Below are positions 38,069 through 41,991 of a stretch of DNA of 41,991 bases, piece after piece. Origin of the DNA: an uncultured bacterium (GTDB lineage: Bacteria; Patescibacteriota; Minisyncoccia; Phycocordibacterales; UBA918); NCBI GenBank assembly GCA_965652925.1, contig CBFGXL010000006.1:1-41991 (forward strand), written 5' to 3'. The number at the start of each line of letters is the position of its first letter. Within the stretch, counting starts at the first letter, position 1. The position numbers and the translations under genes were made by a program. A model generated the notes under the pieces. It did not search any database, was not told where the DNA came from, and saw nothing but the letters and a program-made list of their open reading frames with translations.

Positions 38069-38097
38069 TTGACTTATTTAACGTATATCCGTATTAT
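38069..38097 (+). promoter_or_regulatory. sigma70 promoter of tRNA-Ala(TGC)
   Basis: TTGACT (38069-38074), 17 nt spacer, TATTAT (38092-38097), then a GC-rich discriminator. Confidence 0.75.
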
Positions 38098-38127
38098 AGG
38101 GCGCACTTGGCCTCTGGCTAAGTTCCT

Positions 38128-38203
38128 GGGCCCGTAGCTCATTTGGTAGAGCGCCTCATTTGCACTGAGGAGGCGGGGGGTTCGAATCCTCTCGGGTCCA
38201 CCA
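38128..38203 (+). tRNA. tRNA-Ala(TGC)
   Basis: Cloverleaf, anticodon arm CCTCA-TTTGCAC-TGAGG, G3:U70, GTTCGAATC, encoded CCA. Confidence 0.97.
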
Positions 38204-38243
38204 CTGAAAAATGTCAGAGTTTATCTCTGGCATTTTTTAGTGG
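38201..38243 (+). terminator. hairpin/terminator immediately after tRNA-Ala
   Basis: CCACTGAAAAATGTCAGAG / CTCTGGCATTTTTTAGTGG. Confidence 0.65.
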
Positions 38244-38256
38244 CAGGGGCGTTCGG

Positions 38257-38336
38257 GAGAGGATTCGAAGCCGTTGCCAGCTCTTTTGTTTAAAAGAGCG
38301 ACAACGGGTACTGGTCCTGTAAGGACCGAATCCTCT
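38257..38336. repeat. palindromic element bounded by tRNA T-arm-like inverted repeats
   Basis: 38257-38269 is the reverse complement of tRNA 38181-38193. AGAGGATTCG/CGAATCCTCT encloses further hairpins. Confidence 0.65.
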
Positions 38337-38361
38337 GGTTAACTTTCATATAATTTGAATT

Positions 38362-38435
38362 TGGTCGGGACGCCGAGAATCGAACCCGGACCGCGCGAAC
38401 CCGAATCGCGCACACTACCACTATGCTACGCCCCG
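38362..38435 (-). tRNA. tRNA-Pro(CGG)
   Basis: Reverse complement reads CGGGGCG...CGCGA-TTCGGGT-TCGCG...GTTCGATTC...CGTCCCG-A-CCA; C1-G72 is typical of Pro. Confidence 0.93.
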
Positions 38436-38458
38436 TTTTTGCGCAATAATAGCACGTT

Positions 38459-38531
38459 GGGCCGTTAGCTCAGCTGGTAGAGCGCTTCCATGGCATGGAA
38501 GAGGTCAGGAGTTCGAGTCTCCTACGGTCCA
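38459..38531 (+). tRNA. tRNA-Ala(GGC)
   Basis: Cloverleaf, CTTCC-ATGGCAT-GGAAG, G3:U70; CCA is not encoded. Confidence 0.95.
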
Positions 38532-38672
38532 CGAGTTTACGCAGTGAGGAGACTCGAAAAGGTTGTCTACTATTCTTTTCACTCTGTATTGAAGCTTTAT
38601 ACTTTGAGTTTCCTATGCTTTATAGAAAAAAGCGGAACGTGAGTCCCGCTTTAGACAATGACCTCCAGACAG

Positions 38673-38987
38673 TCAGTTTGCCACAGTAGGACAACTAACC
38701 TCTCTGCGCTCAGTTCCTCGCGGCATCCCGATGCGTATTGTCGTGCAGCTGCCGTCGTGCACCTTGAAGACCACCTCTGCGCCGTCGTCGCTTATGACCA
38801 CTGCCCCAGCAAGTGTGGGGCCTGACGGCTCAGTTGAAGCATTTGCCCAGAAGACGAGCAAACCAACTCCAAGCAGAGCAATCGCAACAATGACTGCGAT
38901 GACAATGCCCGTGTTGTTCTTCTGCGCACGTGTTGAATGTGCTCCGCTTTTGAGCCTTTCGACCTTTTGTTCTACATTGTCACCCAT
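38673..38987 (-). CDS. small single-TM hypothetical protein
   Basis: AGGAGG 8 nt upstream of ATG; one TM and a C-terminal Cys pair. Confidence 0.7.
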   Translation of the reverse strand: MGDNVEQKVERLKSGAHSTRAQKNNTGIVIAVIVAIALLGVGLLVFWANASTEPSGPTLAGAVVISDDGAEVVFKVHDGSCTTIRIGMPRGTERREVSCPTVAN

Positions 38988-39195
38988 TTCCTCATCCTCC
39001 TACAGGTAGAAATGTACAGGCAATATACTCCCAATTGCCAAGTTGTCTACAGAAGAATCTCCAATAAACAGACTTTACAAACTGATGAATTTTAAAAAAT
39101 AGTTACACCACACCAATTTGATTTGTCATGGTCCCACATGAAAATGTGAAGTGATCTCGTGCGTATAAACTGCTATCACGTATAATGAAGAACAC

Positions 39196-40989
39196 ATGAT
39201 CGATCTCCGCTCAAAAAAGCTGCTCACACATGCGTTGTTCATTGGTCTCCTCGTAATTCCTTTTCTGCTGTATGGAGCATACCGTTTGGTTGACACATTT
39301 CTTCTTGGACCGTCACTTGAGGGTGTTCATGCCATGGCTGATGGGACAATAATGAACGCAAAAGGTGAAACGATCCCTGGGGCACATGTCATGCCTGACG
39401 GTTCGATCATGCTTCAGAATGGAAAGGTTGTAGGCAGCATCTATCTGGGTACGCGATTTAGTACATCACTCGATAATTTGCCGATGGCAAAAGACGAACC
39501 GGAAATGGTTGTGTTGCATGATGGCGATGTCTACGAGCTCACTGCCGGCTATGTGAAAAAAGAGGTAGGGAACAGAACGTTGCGCATGCTCGCGTACAAC
39601 GGCTCTGTGCCGGGCCCGATCATTAAAGTAGAGCAGGGAGCAGAGGTGACCATCAATTTCAATAACAATACGGACATAGAACAGACAGTACACTCGCATG
39701 GCATACGCATAGACAATCTGTCCGATGGCGTGCCAAACTCCACCCAGGATGCAGTACCTCCCGGTGAATCCTTCACCTACACGGTACGGTTCCCTGATGC
39801 TGGCGTGTACTGGTACCATCCACATACGCGTGAGGATTATGGCCAAGAGCTCGGACTTTATGGAAATTATTTGGTAGAGCCGGATTCAGCCGGATACTGG
39901 GCACGGGTAAACCGTGAAGTGCCACTTGTGGTTGACGATATTCTTATTGAAAATGACAGCATCGCTTCTTTTTATAAAGAACTTACAAACTTTGCTCTTT
40001 TAGGACGTTTCGGCAATGAGCACTTGGTCAATGGTGAAACAAACTATGTACTGAACGTACAAAAAGGCGAGGTCATCCGTTTTTTTATAACCAATGTTGC
40101 TAATGTCCGTACGTACAATCTTTCTATCCCTGGAGCGAAACTTAAACTTGTGGGTGCAGATCTTGGTAAGTACGAAAAAGAAACTTTCATTGATTCCGCT
40201 CTTATCTCACCGGCAGAGCGCCTTGTAGTAGAGGCATATTTCCCAGAGGAAGGTACCTATACGCTCACCCACACCTCGCCTTCAGGCAGCATACCGCTCT
40301 CTACTTTTGAAGCAGCTGGTGAGGTGTCTCCATCATATGAAGCTTCTTTCAATGAACTTCGTACAAACGAAGATGAAATTACGGTATTTGAACCGTTACG
40401 TAAGTATCGGTATGCAGCTCCAGACAAGGAACTGCTTCTTACTGTCGCATTGTCTGGACCACAGATCGACCACAGCAAACACGTACACATGCAAAGTCAG
40501 GATCAGATCAATACAATTGGATTGCCAAATATTCAATGGGATGATGTTGGACAAACAGACATGACCAATACAACAGGGAAAGTCACATGGATACTGCGTG
40601 ATACCGACACTAAAAAAGAGAATATGGAGATAGACGATTGGAACTTCAAGAAAGGTGATTTGGTAAAAATTCAAATCGAAAATGATGCAAATGCCGAGCA
40701 CGTCATGCAGCACCCCGTGCACTTCCACGGACAGCGATTCATTGTGCTTGACCGCAATGGTGTTCCCAATGAAAATCTTGCCTGGAAGGACACAATGCTT
40801 GTCGAACCTGGAGAGATAGTGAATATTCTTGTTGAAATGAGTAATCCGGGAGAATGGATGACACACTGCCACATTGCTGAGCACTTGCATGCGGGAATGA
40901 TGCTTGCCTTCCGTGTAGCTGACGAAAATGGTTTTGTAACTGGAGATGAATACCGAAAAACAAGAGATACTAATATGATGGCACATTAG
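39196..40989 (+). CDS. multicopper oxidase
   Basis: Copper ligands HSHG, WYHPH, HPVHFHG and HCHIAEH..AGM; N-terminal TM and His/Met repeats. Confidence 0.95.
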   Translation: MIDLRSKKLLTHALFIGLLVIPFLLYGAYRLVDTFLLGPSLEGVHAMADGTIMNAKGETIPGAHVMPDGSIMLQNGKVVGSIYLGTRFSTSLDNLPMAKDEPEMVVLHDGDVYELTAGYVKKEVGNRTLRMLAYNGSVPGPIIKVEQGAEVTINFNNNTDIEQTVHSHGIRIDNLSDGVPNSTQDAVPPGESFTYTVRFPDAGVYWYHPHTREDYGQELGLYGNYLVEPDSAGYWARVNREVPLVVDDILIENDSIASFYKELTNFALLGRFGNEHLVNGETNYVLNVQKGEVIRFFITNVANVRTYNLSIPGAKLKLVGADLGKYEKETFIDSALISPAERLVVEAYFPEEGTYTLTHTSPSGSIPLSTFEAAGEVSPSYEASFNELRTNEDEITVFEPLRKYRYAAPDKELLLTVALSGPQIDHSKHVHMQSQDQINTIGLPNIQWDDVGQTDMTNTTGKVTWILRDTDTKKENMEIDDWNFKKGDLVKIQIENDANAEHVMQHPVHFHGQRFIVLDRNGVPNENLAWKDTMLVEPGEIVNILVEMSNPGEWMTHCHIAEHLHAGMMLAFRVADENGFVTGDEYRKTRDTNMMAH

Positions 40990-41057
40990 TGTATAACACT
41001 GGTGTTAAAGAACAGGCACTGCTATCATTAAAGTAATTATTAAGCATTATTACACTT

Positions 41058-41741
41058 ATGCGTACCTCATTTACTTTGCTTGCGGTTTCGTTCAATGCAC
41101 TCATTAAAGACTGGAAGCGATATTTTCTAATCTTGCTCGTACCTTCTGTATTGAGTTTCTTTGTATCCTATTATGAAGATTTTGGAACCGATGCAGATGC
41201 ATCTGCATTGTCTTCAATACTTTTAGGCATATCCACGCTCGTGTCGCTTCTTATGGCAGCCGCACTCGTGTACGCAGCTGCAAATCGTGTTCTTTCAGCA
41301 CAGGAGTCATACAAAAAAGTTTTAAAGCATTATATTGCATACCTTGCTCTTGCTTTGGGCTATTTCATTATTATAGTCCTCGGGCTTCTATTGCTTATCA
41401 TTCCCGGTCTTTACTTCACCGTTGTGTTCTCCTTTGCATTTTATTTTCTTCTTTTGGAGAATAAGTCGATCACCGAATCATTAAGTGCCAGTAGAGAACT
41501 TGTCCGCGGTCACTTCTGGGATGTTGCGATAAAGTTGTTTGTTTTGCTTTTGATCACTATAGCGGGATATATTGTCATCGAGGTAGCAACAAGCGTTGTA
41601 AGTATTCCTCTTGGAGATCAGTTCCAGTATGCACTTGCAACAGCGCTCGGACTTATCATGATGCCATTGAGCAATATCTTTATGTATGAGATGTACAAAG
41701 ACTTGAAGGGAAGTACTGTGGTGGCAGAAAACACTGTGTAG
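41058..41741 (+). CDS. integral membrane protein (GPDPase membrane-domain-like)
   Basis: Multiple TMs; LLLIIPG.Y....F...LLLE.....ESL..S.ELVRG.FW and terminal Y.DLK pattern. Confidence 0.75.
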   Translation: MRTSFTLLAVSFNALIKDWKRYFLILLVPSVLSFFVSYYEDFGTDADASALSSILLGISTLVSLLMAAALVYAAANRVLSAQESYKKVLKHYIAYLALALGYFIIIVLGLLLLIIPGLYFTVVFSFAFYFLLLENKSITESLSASRELVRGHFWDVAIKLFVLLLITIAGYIVIEVATSVVSIPLGDQFQYALATALGLIMMPLSNIFMYEMYKDLKGSTVVAENTV

Positions 41742-41752
41742 TATTAAAATCA

Positions 41753-41784
41753 AACAAAAAACGCCCCCTAGGGCGTTTTTTTGT
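41753..41784. terminator. bidirectional intrinsic terminator
   Basis: ACAAAAAACGCCC / GGGCGTTTTTTTGT between convergent genes. Confidence 0.85.
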
Positions 41785-41785
41785 G

Positions 41786-41991
41786 TTACAGCATTTGTTG
41801 TAACTTCTCGTACGTGTCCAAATGATCGGTAACTGGAATAGTCTCTATGACCCCAATGACTGCCTCATCATTTCCACCTGGGTATAACCCGTCACCAAAA
41901 TAGACACACTCATCTTTGTTCCATCCCATCGCATCTATAAGTTTTTGTACATTGGTGCCCTTGTGTCTGTCTTTATGAATATAGTCGAGAC
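41786..41991 (-). CDS. HAD-IIB family hydrolase (phosphomannomutase-like), 3' end only
   Basis: Manual translation: LDYIHKDRHKGTNVQKLIDAMGWNKDECVYFGDGLYPGGNDEAV...QML*, showing the HAD Lys and GD..PGGND motifs. Runs off the window edge. Confidence 0.85.
   Translation of the reverse strand, partial: LDYIHKDRHKGTNVQKLIDAMGWNKDECVYFGDGLYPGGNDEAVIGVIETIPVTDHLDTYEKLQQML

Noticed and set aside
38495-38689. 64-aa ORF
   Set aside because: It starts inside tRNA-Ala(GGC) and has no coding features.
1-41991. CRISPR array, transposase, integrase, prophage or rRNA
   Set aside because: I saw no regularly spaced short repeats and no recognisable motifs for these elements.

Overview
This 42 kb window has almost all genes on the + strand and uses the standard genetic code. 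Gene content points to a Patescibacteria/CPR (Parcubacteria-like) chromosome; that assignment is inference. The left 17 kb is a contiguous cell-surface locus. It encodes two secreted proteins sharing a WxL/pilin-like C-terminal domain (380 aa and 2062 aa), three cohesin-domain proteins (one also carrying a dockerin-like domain), an acidic-stalk beta-propeller protein, and two membrane-anchored DUF916/PapD-like proteins (one fused to LytR_C). Three of its intergenic regions look like densely folded RNAs. The rest is housekeeping and envelope genes: a TlpA-like redoxin lacking both Cys, an AI-2E transporter, CapA, FKBP, tgt, a degenerate Mesh1-like HD protein, uvrB/uvrA/uvrC, a two-component pair flanking a large Ig-repeat gene broken by one in-frame TAA, a UDP-glucose dehydrogenase-like protein, ddl, pterin carbinolamine dehydratase, three tRNAs, a multicopper oxidase and a partial HAD phosphatase. 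Two apparently exact tandem duplications (574 bp and 328 bp) are probably assembly artefacts. Many genes have a -10 hexamer 6-9 nt before the start codon, suggesting leaderless mRNAs. All domain calls come from reading motifs by eye, with no database searches.
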